Assembly: GCA_963761335.1 (NCBI GenBank) | Contig: CAVXGR010000011.1 | Location: forward strand, 224,001-288,000 | Direction of reading: 5' to 3' | DNA length: 64,000 bases | Source: an uncultured delta proteobacterium | GTDB taxonomy: Bacteria > Desulfobacterota > Binatia > HRBIN30 > BPIQ01 | Shown: one piece after another, positions 29,578-39,525 of the stretch | How positions within the stretch are numbered: position 1 is the first letter of the stretch | Layout: each line of letters begins with the position of its first letter | The notes under the pieces: model-generated | What the model was told of the DNA's origin: nothing | The model's database searches: none | The model's input: only the letters and a program-made list of their open reading frames with translations | Translations under genes and position numbers: made by a program

Positions 29578-31298
29578 ACGACGCCGCAGGCGCTCTCCCA
29601 TTCGCGCCGGCGGCGCCCACCGGTGCCGAGGTGGCCATCGACATCGCCGATCTGCACTTCACCTACGCCGGCGGCGAGCAACCGGCGCTGCGGGGAGTCA
29701 GCCTGCAGGTGCGCCGCGGCGAAATGGTGGTGGTGATGGGGTCCACGGGCGCCGGCAAGAGCACTCTGGCAAAGACGCTCAACTGCACCATCCCCTCGTT
29801 CCAGAGGGGCGAGCTGAGCGGCCGCATCGCCGTGCTCGGGCGGCCGCTCGAGGGACTGGCGGTCGCCGACATGGCCGGCGTCGTCGGCCTGGTGTTGCAG
29901 GACTTCGAGGCGCAGCTCTTCGCCACCGACGTCCTTCAGGAGATCGCCTTCGGGCTCGAGCAGCTCGGCGTGCCGCCGCGTGAGATGGACACCCGCATCC
30001 GCGAGGCCCTCGGTCTCGTCGGCCTGACGGGATTCGAGCACCGCGACCCGACGACGCTCTCGGGCGGCGAGAAGCAGCGCCTCGCCATCGCCGCCGTCCT
30101 GGCGATGCGTCCCCCGCTCGTGGTGCTGGACGAGCCCACCACCGATCTCGACCCGCTGGGCAAGGGCGAGGTCTTCGCGGTGCTGGCCGCTCTCCGACGC
30201 CAGGGCCACACACTCGTGCTCGTGGAGCACGAGATCGAGGCGGCGGAGAGCGCCGATCGCATCGTGCTCATGCGCCGCGGCTCGGTGATTGCGGACGGCC
30301 AGGCGGCGGAGATTCTGCCGCGCATCGAGCTGCTGCGCGAAGCCGGCGTGCGCCCGCGCGACGTCGACCGCATCGCTGCGGCGCTGCGCCTGGAGCCTCG
30401 GTGCGCCCACGTGAGCGACCTGGAAGAGGTGTTGCGCCGCCGCGGCACCGTGCCGCACCGCCCGCTGGCGCCGGCGACGCCTCGCGATGAGCGGCCGTTT
30501 CTCGAGGTCGACCGCGTCAGCTATGCGTATGCTGGCGGCGCCGCGGCGCTGCGCGACGTCAGCCTGCGCATCGACCCGGGCGAGTTCGTCGCCCTGATCG
30601 GCCACAACGGCTCGGGGAAGACGACGCTCGCCAAGTTGCTCAACGGCCTGCTGCGCCCGGCCGCGGGAGAGGTGCGCCTGCGCGGCACCGACATCGCCGA
30701 GCTACCGCTGAGCCGCGTCGCCGGCGAGGTGGGCTACGTCTTTCAGGACCCCGACCAGCAGATCTTCGCCGCCAGCGTGCGCGAGGAGGTTCGCTTCGGG
30801 CCGTTCAACCTCGGCGTGCGCGAGCCGGAGCTGAGCGAACGGGTCGCCGGGGCGCTCGCCGCCGTCGGCCTCAGCGGCATCGAGGAGGCCGACCCCTTTC
30901 TCCTCGGCAAGGGGCAACGGCAGCGCCTCGCGGTGGCGGCTCTGCTGGCACAGCGACCGCAGCTGCTGATCCTCGACGAGCCGACCACCGGCCTCGACTT
31001 CACCGAGCAGTCGCACATGATGCAGCTGGTCGCCTCGCTGCGGCGCCAGGGCATCACCCTGGTGGTCATCACCCACAGCCCCTGGGTGGTCGCCGAGTAC
31101 GCCGAGCGCGGCATCCTCCTCTCCGGCGGGAGCGTGCTCTTCGACGGGCCGCTGCGCGCCCTCTTCGCCCAGGAGGATCTGCTGCTGCGCTCGCACTTCC
31201 GCGTTCCCGACGCGACGCGCTTGGGGAACCGCTTCGGCGCCAGCACGCTCTCCGTCGAGGAGCTCCTGGCGGCGTTGCCGGCGGAGGCGGAGGCCTGA
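29574..31298 (+). CDS. ECF transporter fused double ATPase (A-A')
   Basis: Two Walker A motifs (GSTGAGKST, GHNGSGKTT), LSGGEKQR and two LDEPT motifs. Confidence 0.92.
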   Translation: MNDAAGALPFAPAAPTGAEVAIDIADLHFTYAGGEQPALRGVSLQVRRGEMVVVMGSTGAGKSTLAKTLNCTIPSFQRGELSGRIAVLGRPLEGLAVADMAGVVGLVLQDFEAQLFATDVLQEIAFGLEQLGVPPREMDTRIREALGLVGLTGFEHRDPTTLSGGEKQRLAIAAVLAMRPPLVVLDEPTTDLDPLGKGEVFAVLAALRRQGHTLVLVEHEIEAAESADRIVLMRRGSVIADGQAAEILPRIELLREAGVRPRDVDRIAAALRLEPRCAHVSDLEEVLRRRGTVPHRPLAPATPRDERPFLEVDRVSYAYAGGAAALRDVSLRIDPGEFVALIGHNGSGKTTLAKLLNGLLRPAAGEVRLRGTDIAELPLSRVAGEVGYVFQDPDQQIFAASVREEVRFGPFNLGVREPELSERVAGALAAVGLSGIEEADPFLLGKGQRQRLAVAALLAQRPQLLILDEPTTGLDFTEQSHMMQLVASLRRQGITLVVITHSPWVVAEYAERGILLSGGSVLFDGPLRALFAQEDLLLRSHFRVPDATRLGNRFGASTLSVEELLAALPAEAEA

Positions 31299-31301
31299 GA
31301 G

Positions 31302-32078
31302 ATGGCGCTCTATCTCTATGTCGACCGCGACTCCGGGTTCCACCGGCTGCACCCGGTGGCCAAGCTCTCCGGGATGCTCGCCTTCTTCGTCGCCGCCTTC
31401 GTCAGCGAGCGGCCGGCACTGCTACTGCCGCTGGCGACGGTGGTGGCGCTGCTGCTGGTGCGCAGTGGCTCGCTGGTCAACGTGCGCCGGCTGCGCGTCC
31501 TCTTTGCGACCGTCTTCTTCATGACCTTCCTCGTCTGGACTCTGTTCTCCGCCCGCGGCCAGCCGTGGGTGGAGCTCGGCCCCGTGCAGATCGGGCCGCA
31601 GAGCGTCTGGTTCGCTCTGGGAATGGCAATCAAGCTGACCACCTTTCTCGCCGTCGGCACACTGTTCCTCTCCACGACCAAGGTCGAGGAGTTCGCCTAC
31701 GCCCTGCGCCGCCTCGGGGTTCCCTACAAGCTCGGCTTCACCATGACTCTGGCGTTCCGGCTGGTGCCGGCCTTCGTCGAGTCCGGCTTCACAGTGGTGC
31801 AGGCGCAGCGCTGCCGCGGCTTCAACTTCGACGAGGGCTCGCTGCTGCAGCGGCTGCGGCGCTACGTCCCGGTCATCGTCCCGGTGTTCATCGGCGCCCT
31901 GCGCCGCGCCGACAACATGGCCATGGCGCTCGAGGGACGCGGCTTTCAGCTGCGCACCCAGCGGACGTTCTATCTCCGCTACCCGTTCCGCGGCGGCGAC
32001 GCCGCCGCCATCGCCGTGGTTGCCGCCGTCGCCGGGGCCTACCTGTGGATGTGGTGGCACGGCTGGACGCATCTGTGA
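31302..32078 (+). CDS. ECF transporter T component
   Basis: HRLHPVAK, AFRLVP, AQRCRG and ALEGRGF motifs. Confidence 0.9.
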   Translation: MALYLYVDRDSGFHRLHPVAKLSGMLAFFVAAFVSERPALLLPLATVVALLLVRSGSLVNVRRLRVLFATVFFMTFLVWTLFSARGQPWVELGPVQIGPQSVWFALGMAIKLTTFLAVGTLFLSTTKVEEFAYALRRLGVPYKLGFTMTLAFRLVPAFVESGFTVVQAQRCRGFNFDEGSLLQRLRRYVPVIVPVFIGALRRADNMAMALEGRGFQLRTQRTFYLRYPFRGGDAAAIAVVAAVAGAYLWMWWHGWTHL

Positions 32079-32112
32079 TCCGACCCGGGAGGGGGAGGCG
32101 ACGACGTAGCCT

Positions 32113-32454
32113 GGTTCTCATTCTCATTCCCGGTTCTCATCTCATTCGCCCCGGAGGGGCGCAGGCGTGTAGCCCCGGGTCGGAGACCCGGGGATCCCGA
32201 AGTCGACGTCCGTTGGCGCCCCGCCAGGGGCGCGGGCGCGGTTTTGACACAGGCCTCTGCACGCGGGCTTGCACGCCTGCGCCCCTGGCGGGGCGCATCG
32301 GGGAAGGCGGACCCGGGATCCCCGGGTCTCCGACCCGGGGCTACATGCCTGCGCCGCTTCGCGGCGCCATCCCCCAGCCCAAGTTGGGCTGACCAATCTG
32401 ACGTGGCTCGCAGAACAAATGGAAAACGACGGGATGAGAACCGGGAATGAGAAC
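32113..32454. repeat. Family-B palindrome (32147-32366) nested inside a family-D inverted pair
   Basis: Inner GTAGCCCCGGGTCGGAGACCCGGGG ... CCCCGGGTCTCCGACCCGGGGCTAC; outer TTCTCATTCCCGGTTCTC ... GAGAACCGGGAATGAGAA. Confidence 0.85.
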
Positions 32455-32516
32455 TCCGCATGTATTTGACACCCCCGGCGGCCCTTGGTAGCTCTCGAAG
32501 TTGAGGTTCAATTGCA

Positions 32517-32699
32517 ATGCAAGAAACCGGGCTCCATCACTTTCTGACGATTCTCCTGCAACCCGACAACATTCCGATCGTGGGAATGCTGCTGCTGGTG
32601 TTCTTCTTCACCTATCTCGGCTTCCGCGAGGCGCGGAAGAACGACCAGCTGATCGACGAGGGCCGCCGCGAGGAGATTCTCAAGGAGATGCAGCGCTGA
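32517..32699 (+). CDS. Small single-TM protein with PDNIPIV motif
   Basis: 60-aa ORF with GAGG RBS and upstream TTGACA; co-oriented with the ferredoxin gene. Confidence 0.65.
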   Translation: MQETGLHHFLTILLQPDNIPIVGMLLLVFFFTYLGFREARKNDQLIDEGRREEILKEMQR

Positions 32700-32715
32700 A
32701 GCCGCGGAGGGACTG

Positions 32716-33180
32716 ATGCCGTTCACCATCGTTGCCGAGAACTGCACCGGCTGCACCGCGTGCGAGAAGCGCTGCCCGACGCGCGCCATCAGCGGCGAGC
32801 CGCGCATGGTGTTCTTCATCGAGCCGTCGATGTGCATCGACTGCGGCGCCTGCGGCGTGATCTGCCCCGACGAGGCGATTCTCGACACCTATGGGAACAT
32901 CACCCACGTGCTCAAGAAGTCGGAGCGGCCGATCGCCATCGTGCATCCGGACAACTGCAACGGCTGCGGCGTGTGCGTCGACGTCTGCCCCTTTGACTGC
33001 ATCTATCCGTCCGTGGAGAACGGCCCCGAGTACCTCGGCAAGGTCGATGTCAACGAGTCGAGCTGCGTCGGCTGCAAGCTCTGCGAGGAGGTCTGCGGCT
33101 GGGACGGCATCTACATCATGCCGGCGCAGGAGAAGACCCCGTTCCTGGAGTCCCTCGGCTACGAGATCGAGGCCGGCTGA
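32716..33180 (+). CDS. Polyferredoxin with four [4Fe-4S] motifs
   Basis: CTGCTACEKRC, CIDCGACGVIC, CNGCGVCVDVC and CVGCKLCEEVC. Confidence 0.92.
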   Translation: MPFTIVAENCTGCTACEKRCPTRAISGEPRMVFFIEPSMCIDCGACGVICPDEAILDTYGNITHVLKKSERPIAIVHPDNCNGCGVCVDVCPFDCIYPSVENGPEYLGKVDVNESSCVGCKLCEEVCGWDGIYIMPAQEKTPFLESLGYEIEAG

Positions 33181-33197
33181 GAGCCAGCCTCGCGCCT

Positions 33198-33578
33198 TCA
33201 GCCCTTTCTCTTCTTCTCGACCGCGGCGGCCTCGCGCAGCCGCTCCATGGTGCTCGCGGTCAACAGGCCGTCCGGGTCCATGCCGTGCGCGGTCTGAAAC
33301 GCCTCCACGGCGTTGACCGTGACCGAATCCAGCTTGCCGTCGAGGTCGCCCAGATACTCGTGCAACGTCTGCAGGTACGACTGCGCCTCTTTCACGGTTT
33401 CCGCCGGGGCCTTCTGCGCCAGCGCCTCCGCCTGCGGGTCGGTCATCTGCGCCTTGATGCGCTCCGCCGCCTCCTTGGCCCGCCGCGCCGCGCCCTCGGA
33501 GGTGCAGCCCATGGCTACGGCCGAGACGATCAGTGCACCCGCGGCGCCGCGGAGGAGAAGCGAGGCGGACGATCTCAT
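33198..33578 (-). CDS. Lipoprotein with peptidoglycan-binding domain
   Basis: Lipobox [12 protein letters not shown]...YLGDLDG...[20 protein letters not shown] overlap with hisG. Confidence 0.8.
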   Translation of the reverse strand: MRSSASLLLRGAAGALIVSAVAMGCTSEGAARRAKEAAERIKAQMTDPQAEALAQKAPAETVKEAQSYLQTLHEYLGDLDGKLDSVTVNAVEAFQTAHGMDPDGLLTASTMERLREAAAVEKKRKG

Positions 33579-34453
33579 ATGACCTTGTTGAGCGGGTACT
33601 CGATGATGCCCACCGCTCCCGCCTTGATCAGCTGCGGAATCAGCTCGCGCACGACCTTCTCCTCGATGACGCTCTCGATGGCGAACCAGTCGGTGCCGTA
33701 GAGGGTGGAGACCGTCGGCGAGGTGATGCTGGGCAGCATATCGATGACCGTGTCGAGGTTCTGCTTGGCGACGTTCATCTTGATGCCGACCTTGGCCTCC
33801 GCCTGCATGGCGCCGCTCAGAAGGAGATTGATCTGCTCGATCTTCTCGCGTTTCCACGGGTCCGCCCAGGCGGCGTGGTTGGCGATCAGCTGCGGGTTCG
33901 ACTGGCAGAGCTCGTGAATGATGCGCAGGCCGTTGGCGCGGAGGGTGCTCCCGGTCTCGGTCACCTCGACGATGGCGTCGACCAGCCCTTCGACCGCCTT
34001 GGCCTCGGTGGCTCCCCAGGAGAACTCGACCTCGACCTCGACGTTGCGTTCGGCGAAGTAGCGTTTCGTGAAGTTGACCATCTCGGTGGCGATCTTCTTG
34101 CCCCGCAGGTCCTCGAGCACGCGCAGCGGCGAGTCGCCGGGAACCACCAGCACCCAGCGGGTCGGGCGCATGCTCGCCTTGGAGTAGATGAAGTCGGCGA
34201 CCACGTGGATGTCCGACTGGTTCTCCAGGGTCCAGTCCTTGCCGGTGACGCCGGCGTCGAGCGTGCCGTTCTCGACGTAGCGCGACATCTCCTGCGGCCG
34301 CGCCAGGGCACAGCGCAAGCTGTCGTCGTCGACGCTCGGGAAGTAGCTGCGTTCGCTGGTGGCGATCTTCCAGCCCGACTTGCGGAACAGCTCGATGGTG
34401 GCGGCCTCGAGGCTGCCCTTGGGTATGCCGATTTTCAGTACCTTGCGTTCCAT
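33575..34453 (-). CDS. hisG: ATP phosphoribosyltransferase (long form)
   Basis: [32 protein letters not shown] and C-terminal regulatory domain. Confidence 0.96.
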   Translation of the reverse strand: MERKVLKIGIPKGSLEAATIELFRKSGWKIATSERSYFPSVDDDSLRCALARPQEMSRYVENGTLDAGVTGKDWTLENQSDIHVVADFIYSKASMRPTRWVLVVPGDSPLRVLEDLRGKKIATEMVNFTKRYFAERNVEVEVEFSWGATEAKAVEGLVDAIVEVTETGSTLRANGLRIIHELCQSNPQLIANHAAWADPWKREKIEQINLLLSGAMQAEAKVGIKMNVAKQNLDTVIDMLPSITSPTVSTLYGTDWFAIESVIEEKVVRELIPQLIKAGAVGIIEYPLNKVI

Positions 34454-34492
34454 GGAATGACACCGACGGCGCCCGGCGTGCCGGGACTCAAC

Positions 34493-34882
34493 TCACTTCT
34501 TGGCGTACAGCTTGTCCGGGTCGACGACGCGCTCGGCCGTGGTCGTCCAGCCCGAGCCGTCCACCCGGCGAAAGAAGCAGCTCTTGTAACCCTCGTGACA
34601 CGCGGCCCCGCCGTGCTGATGCACCTTGAGAAGGACGGCGTCGGCGTCGCAGTCGACGCGAATCTCGACGACCTCCTGGGTGTTCCCCGAGGTCTCGCCC
34701 TTCACCCACAGCTCGTTTCGCGACGTGCTCCAGTAGGTAGCGACGCGCTTTGCCAGCGTATGCTCCCAGGCCTGCCGGTTCATGTAGGCCACCATCAGGA
34801 TCTCACCGCTGTCGGCATCCTGCGCGATGGCGGTCACCAGACCGCCGCGCTTCTGGAAGTCAGGCTCCTGCGTCGGCTCCAT
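34493..34882 (-). CDS. hisI: Phosphoribosyl-AMP cyclohydrolase
   Basis: [23 protein letters not shown] and [10 protein letters not shown]. Confidence 0.96.
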   Translation of the reverse strand: MEPTQEPDFQKRGGLVTAIAQDADSGEILMVAYMNRQAWEHTLAKRVATYWSTSRNELWVKGETSGNTQEVVEIRVDCDADAVLLKVHQHGGAACHEGYKSCFFRRVDGSGWTTTAERVVDPDKLYAKK

Positions 34883-34930
34883 CCGCTGCGGTTAGCACAC
34901 GGGTTTTTCCCGCGCAACGCGGAGAGGCGT

Positions 34931-34972
34931 GGGGAGGGGTGTTGGGGTGTTGACACCCCAACACCCCTCCCC
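34931..34972. repeat. Perfect 20-bp inverted repeat between divergent hisI and lpxD
   Basis: GGGGAGGGGTGTTGGGGTGT-TG-ACACCCCAACACCCCTCCCC. Confidence 0.85.
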
Positions 34973-35017
34973 TCCTCTCCTTGATCGACCGCCGCGAGCG
35001 GAGTAGGTGCCACACAC

Positions 35018-36049
35018 ATGCGTCTGGACGAGCTGGCGGCGCGGATCGGTGCGCAGGTGGAGGGCGACGGCAGCGTCGAGGTGCGCGGCGTGGCGACTCT
35101 CGATGCGGCCGGCGAGGGGGATCTGACCTTCCTCTCCAACCCGCGCTACGGCGCCAAGGTCGGAACCACGCGGGCGTCGGCGGTGCTGTTGCCGCCGTCC
35201 TACGCAGGACCTCTCCGCGTCCCGGCACTGCGGGCCGCCGACACCTACGCCGCCCTCGCCCGCATCCTGGCCATCTTCCACCCGCCGGCGCCGCGGCGGC
35301 CCGGGATTCACCCCACCGCCGTGATCGACGCCAGCGCCGCGCTCGGCGAGAGCCCCGCCGTCGGCCCATACGCGGTGATCGGAGCGCGTACGCGAATCGG
35401 AGCGCGCGCCGACATCGGCGCCCACGTGACCATTGGCGCGGACACCGCCATCGGCGACGACTTCACGGCGCACGCCCATGCGTCGGTACGCGAGCGCGTG
35501 CAGATCGGCGACCGGGTCACCCTGCAGGACGGCGCGGTCGTCGGCAGCGACGGCTTCGGCTACGCGATCGACGCGGCGGGACAGGCGGAGAAGATGCCGC
35601 AGGCGGGAACCGTCGTCCTCGAGGACGACGTCGAGATCGGCGCCCACAGCACCATCGATCGCGCCACCGTCGGCGCCACCCGCATCGGCCGTGGCGCCAA
35701 GATCGACAACCTGGTGCATGTCGCCCACGGCTGCGACGTCGGCGAGGGCTGCTTCCTGGCGGCGCAGGTGGGACTCGCCGGGAGCACGCGGCTCGGCCGC
35801 TACGTCCAGCTCGGCGGCCAGGTCGGGGTCGCCGGCCATCTGGAGATCGGCGACATGGCCCGCGTCGCCGCCAAGTCGGGTGTCCCCAACGACGTTCCCC
35901 GCGGCGCCACCGTCGGCGGCTATCCCGCCGTCGAGGTCACCGTGTGGCGCCGCGTCTCCGCCGCCCTCCCCCGCCTCCCCGAGCTGCTGCGCCGCGTCCG
36001 CCGCCTGGAGAAGGCGGCCGCCCGGGAAGGAGAAGAGGATGTAAAATGA
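35018..36049 (+). CDS. lpxD: UDP-3-O-acylglucosamine N-acyltransferase
   Basis: LTFLSNPRY, GIHPTAVI, GSDGFGY, IDNLVHVAH and GQVGVAGH with hexapeptide repeats. Confidence 0.96.
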   Translation: MRLDELAARIGAQVEGDGSVEVRGVATLDAAGEGDLTFLSNPRYGAKVGTTRASAVLLPPSYAGPLRVPALRAADTYAALARILAIFHPPAPRRPGIHPTAVIDASAALGESPAVGPYAVIGARTRIGARADIGAHVTIGADTAIGDDFTAHAHASVRERVQIGDRVTLQDGAVVGSDGFGYAIDAAGQAEKMPQAGTVVLEDDVEIGAHSTIDRATVGATRIGRGAKIDNLVHVAHGCDVGEGCFLAAQVGLAGSTRLGRYVQLGGQVGVAGHLEIGDMARVAAKSGVPNDVPRGATVGGYPAVEVTVWRRVSAALPRLPELLRRVRRLEKAAAREGEEDVK

Positions 36050-36152
36050 AAAACCGGTGACCGGGGACGTAAAACCGGCCAACCGAGCCGAGCTGGACAA
36101 CCACCGTTCACCGGGTCTCAATCCCCGGTCACCGGCTCTCCATTTTACATTC
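36038..36152. repeat. Palindromic element (family E) overlapping the lpxD stop
   Basis: ATGTAAAATG..ACCGGTGACCGGGGA ... TCCCCGGTCACCGG..CATTTTACAT; left arm repeated near 48396-48422. Confidence 0.75.
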
Positions 36153-36254
36153 TCTTTGTTCTGCATCCCCAGACGAGGCACCCCGCGCGCCCCCATCTCC
36201 ACCTTGACTTTGTCCCCCGGCCTCCATAACCTCCCTTCACTTTGGAACAACGCC

Positions 36255-36785
36255 GTGAAAATCAACGTTCACGAGATCGAGGCGGATGCCAAGGAGCTGG
36301 CCTACGAGGAGCCCACTGACGCCCTGAACCCCCTCCTCGACCGGGGCGCGGTCCGCGACTTCGAGTTCGTCGCCCCCGTCGATGTGCGCGTCACCTACTA
36401 CCGTGCCGGCCAGGAGCTGTTCTTCAGCGGCAGCTTGCGCGGGCCGGTGGTCGGTCACTGCGCGCGCTGCCTGGATGACTTCGTCCTCGACATGAATCGC
36501 AGCTTCAATTTCGTCCTCGTCCCCTACAGCGAGGAAGGCGAGCAAACCGGCCTCAACGAGGACGATCTCGAGCTGAGCGTCTACCGCGGCGACGAGGTGG
36601 ACCTCTCCGGGCTGCTGCGCGAGCAGATCCTGCTCGCCCTGCCCACGCGCCCCTTGTGCGCCGAGGACTGCCAGGGCCTCTGCCCGCAGTGCGGCGCCAA
36701 CCGCAACAAAGGGACCTGCCGGTGCCCCGCCCCGGAAGGTGACCCTCGCCTCGCCGTGCTGCGAGGCCTGAAAGTCGGCCACTGA
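36255..36785 (+). CDS. DUF177/YceD family protein
   Basis: CARCL, LREQILLALP and LCAEDCQGLCPQCG..DPRL; upstream of rpmF. Confidence 0.9.
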   Translation: MKINVHEIEADAKELAYEEPTDALNPLLDRGAVRDFEFVAPVDVRVTYYRAGQELFFSGSLRGPVVGHCARCLDDFVLDMNRSFNFVLVPYSEEGEQTGLNEDDLELSVYRGDEVDLSGLLREQILLALPTRPLCAEDCQGLCPQCGANRNKGTCRCPAPEGDPRLAVLRGLKVGH

Positions 36786-36850
36786 TCAACGCACTGGAGA
36801 CCACGCGGAGCGTCCGGCCGGCTGGTCCGGCGTCCGGGAAGGAGTAATCG

Positions 36851-37030
36851 ATGGCAGTCCCCAAGAGGAAGACCTCTCACTCGAAGCGCAACAAGCGCCG
36901 CTCGCACGACAGCATCGCCGCACCCAACGTGATCAGCTGTCCCGACTGCGGTGAGCCGGTGATGCGCCACCGCGCCTGCATCCGCTGCGGCAACTACCGC
37001 GGCCGCAAGATGTTCGAGGTCGTCGAGTAG
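36851..37030 (+). CDS. rpmF: 50S ribosomal protein L32 (Zn-ribbon form); not in ORF track
   Basis: Hand translation MAVPKRKTSHSKRNKRRSHD...CPDCGEPVMRHRACIRCGNYRGR; AGGAG RBS. Confidence 0.95.
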   Translation: MAVPKRKTSHSKRNKRRSHDSIAAPNVISCPDCGEPVMRHRACIRCGNYRGRKMFEVVE

Positions 37031-37049
37031 ACATCCATCGGCGCAGCCC

Positions 37050-37982
37050 ATGGCAGAGCCGCTCGCTTTTCTGTTTCCCGGCCAGGGATCCCAGGTTGTC
37101 GGCATGGGCCGGAAGCTGGCGGAGCGGTTCGCGCGCGCCCGGAAGACCTTCGCCGAGGCGGACGACGCCCTCGGCACGGCGATCTCCCGGCTGTGCTTCG
37201 AGGGACCGAGCGAGGCCCTGGCGTTGACCGAGAACACCCAGCCGGCGCTGCTCACCTGCAGCACGGCCGTGGCGCGCGTGCTCACCGGCGAGCTTGGCCT
37301 GCAACCCACCTGGGCCGCCGGCCACAGCCTGGGCGAGTTCTCCGCCCTGGTCGCCGCCGGATCTCTCGCCTTCCCCGACGCCCTGCGCCTGGTGCGCGAG
37401 CGCGGACGGGCCATGCAGGAGGCGGTCCCCGTCGGCCGCGGCAGCATGGCCGCCGTCCTCGGCGCCGGAGCCGACGTCGTTCTCTCCGCCTGCCGCGATG
37501 CGGCGCAGGACGAGGTGGTGTCCGCCGCCAACCTGAACGGGCCCGGGCAGGTCGTGATCGCCGGCCACGCGGCCGCCGTGGAACGCGCCGGCAAGCTGGC
37601 GCGCGAGCGCGGCGCCCGGCGCGTGACGCCGCTCCCCGTGAGCGCCCCGTTCCACTGCGCCCTCATGGAGCCGGCAGCCCGCCGCCTCGAAGCGGCGCTT
37701 GCCAGCGTCTCCATCGCGCCCCCGGCGATCCCGGTGATCTCCAACGTCGAGGCGCGCCCCTACTCCGGCCCCGAGGAGATCCGCGCTCTGCTGGTGCGCC
37801 AGGTGGTCAGCCCGGTGCGCTGGCATGATTCGGTGCTGGAGCTGGCCCGGCTCGGTTGCCGGCACGCTCTCGAGGTCGGCCCCGGCAAGGTGCTGAGCGG
37901 ACTGGTGAAGCGCATCGCCCCCGAGATCGAGTGCCTCCCGGCCGAGAACCCCGAAGAGCTGCGGCCGGCGCTCGCCAGCTGA
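37050..37982 (+). CDS. fabD: Malonyl-CoA:ACP transacylase
   Basis: FPGQGSQ, TQPA, GHSLGE and SAPFH. Confidence 0.96.
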   Translation: MAEPLAFLFPGQGSQVVGMGRKLAERFARARKTFAEADDALGTAISRLCFEGPSEALALTENTQPALLTCSTAVARVLTGELGLQPTWAAGHSLGEFSALVAAGSLAFPDALRLVRERGRAMQEAVPVGRGSMAAVLGAGADVVLSACRDAAQDEVVSAANLNGPGQVVIAGHAAAVERAGKLARERGARRVTPLPVSAPFHCALMEPAARRLEAALASVSIAPPAIPVISNVEARPYSGPEEIRALLVRQVVSPVRWHDSVLELARLGCRHALEVGPGKVLSGLVKRIAPEIECLPAENPEELRPALAS

Positions 37983-37996
37983 AGAGACAGACGCCG

Positions 37997-38746
37997 ATGA
38001 GCAGCCTCGAGGGCCAGGTCGCCCTGGTCACCGGTGCGTCGCGCGGCATCGGCCGTGCCATCGCCGTGGCGCTCGCCCGCGAGGGCGCCGCCGAGGTGGT
38101 GATCAACTACGTGGCCAATGAAGGAGCAGCCGAGGAGACCGCCGCGGCGGTGCGCGACGCCGGGGCCGGGGCCTCGACGCTGCGCTTCGACGTCGCCGAT
38201 GCCACCGCCGCCGAGACCGCCATCAAGGACCTCGCCGGCCGCCGCGGGCGCCTCGACATCCTCGTCAACAACGCCGGCTGGACGGCGGACAACTTGGTGC
38301 TGCGCCAGAAGGAGGACGAGTGGAACCGCGTCCTCGCCGTCAACCTCGGAGGCATGTTCCATTGCACCAAGGCGGCCGCCCGCATCATGCTGCGCGCCCA
38401 CTATGGTCGCATCGTCAACCTCAGCTCGGTGATCGGCGAGATGGGCAACGCCGGCCAGGGCGCCTATGCTGCCGCCAAGGCCGGGGCCATCGGCTTCACC
38501 AAGTCCATGGCCCGTGAGCTCGCCTCGCGCTCGATCACGGTCAACGCCGTCACCCCCGGCTTCATCGACACCGACATGGTCCACAGCCTGCCGGAGAACG
38601 CCCGGGCACAGTACGTCGCCCTGATCCCGTTGCAGCGCCTGGGCACCGTCGAGGAGGTGGCGAACGCCGTGACCTTTCTCGCATGCCCACAATCTGGTTA
38701 TATCACCGGCCACGTTCTGGCAGTGAACGGCGGCCTCTACATGTAG
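37997..38746 (+). CDS. fabG: 3-oxoacyl-ACP reductase
   Basis: [17 protein letters not shown] and PGFIDTDM; between fabD and acpP. Confidence 0.93.
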   Translation: MSSLEGQVALVTGASRGIGRAIAVALAREGAAEVVINYVANEGAAEETAAAVRDAGAGASTLRFDVADATAAETAIKDLAGRRGRLDILVNNAGWTADNLVLRQKEDEWNRVLAVNLGGMFHCTKAAARIMLRAHYGRIVNLSSVIGEMGNAGQGAYAAAKAGAIGFTKSMARELASRSITVNAVTPGFIDTDMVHSLPENARAQYVALIPLQRLGTVEEVANAVTFLACPQSGYITGHVLAVNGGLYM

Positions 38747-38762
38747 GTCGAAGGGAGGGAGC

Positions 38763-39008
38763 ATGGGTTCCGAAGTCGAAGGCAAGGTACGCGAGATCAT
38801 CTGCGAGCAGCTCGGAGTCGGCGAGGACGAGGTTACCCCAGACGCCTCGTTCATCGAGGATCTCGGCGCCGACTCACTCGACATCGTCGAGCTGGTGATG
38901 GCGCTCGAGGAAGAGTACGACATGGAGATCTCGGATGAGGACGCGGAGAAGATCCGCACCGTCCAGGACGTGGTGAGCTACATCGACTCCCACAAACCTG
39001 CCGCTTGA
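38763..39008 (+). CDS. acpP: Acyl carrier protein
   Basis: [19 protein letters not shown]. Confidence 0.97.
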   Translation: MGSEVEGKVREIICEQLGVGEDEVTPDASFIEDLGADSLDIVELVMALEEEYDMEISDEDAEKIRTVQDVVSYIDSHKPAA

Positions 39009-39012
39009 TCGC

Positions 39013-39510
39013 GTGAAGTGCCCCTTCTGTAGCGACCTCGACAACCGCGTCGTCGACTCGCGTCTGACGCAGGACAACGACGTGATCCGGCGGCGGCGCG
39101 AGTGCGGCCGCTGCAAGCGCCGCTTCACCACCTACGAGCGCGTCGAGGAGGTGCTGCCGATGGTGGTGAAGAAGGACGGCCGGCGCGAGGTCTTCGACCG
39201 CATGAAGATCGTCGCCGGCCTGCGCCGCGCCTGCGAGAAGCGGCCGATCAGCATCGACACCATCGAGCAGCTGACGGAAGCGGTCGAGCGCGGCCTGCAG
39301 GAGCGCGGCGAGAAGGAGATCCCCAGCTCCGCGATCGGCGAGATGGTGATGCGCGAGCTGCACAAGCTCGACAAGGTCGCCTACGTCCGCTTCGCCTCCG
39401 TGTATCGATCCTTCAAGGACGTCGGCGAGTTCATGCGCGAGCTCGAGGATCTGATCAAAGAGCGGCGCAAGCAGCCGCCGCGGGCGCGGCGCCGCCAGCC
39501 GCAGGCCTGA
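39013..39510 (+). CDS. nrdR: Transcriptional repressor NrdR
   Basis: CPFC, RRRREC..C..RFTTYE, ATP cone and [10 protein letters not shown]. Confidence 0.97.
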   Translation: MKCPFCSDLDNRVVDSRLTQDNDVIRRRRECGRCKRRFTTYERVEEVLPMVVKKDGRREVFDRMKIVAGLRRACEKRPISIDTIEQLTEAVERGLQERGEKEIPSSAIGEMVMRELHKLDKVAYVRFASVYRSFKDVGEFMRELEDLIKERRKQPPRARRRQPQA

Positions 39511-39525
39511 GAGATCGGGGCGGCC

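Noticed and set aside
28629..31298. 889-aa ORF, and likewise 39102-41852 and 42811-45795
   Set aside because: Off-frame Arg/Pro-rich extensions over upstream genes; only the C-terminal parts are real (ECF ATPase, RibBA, LptE).
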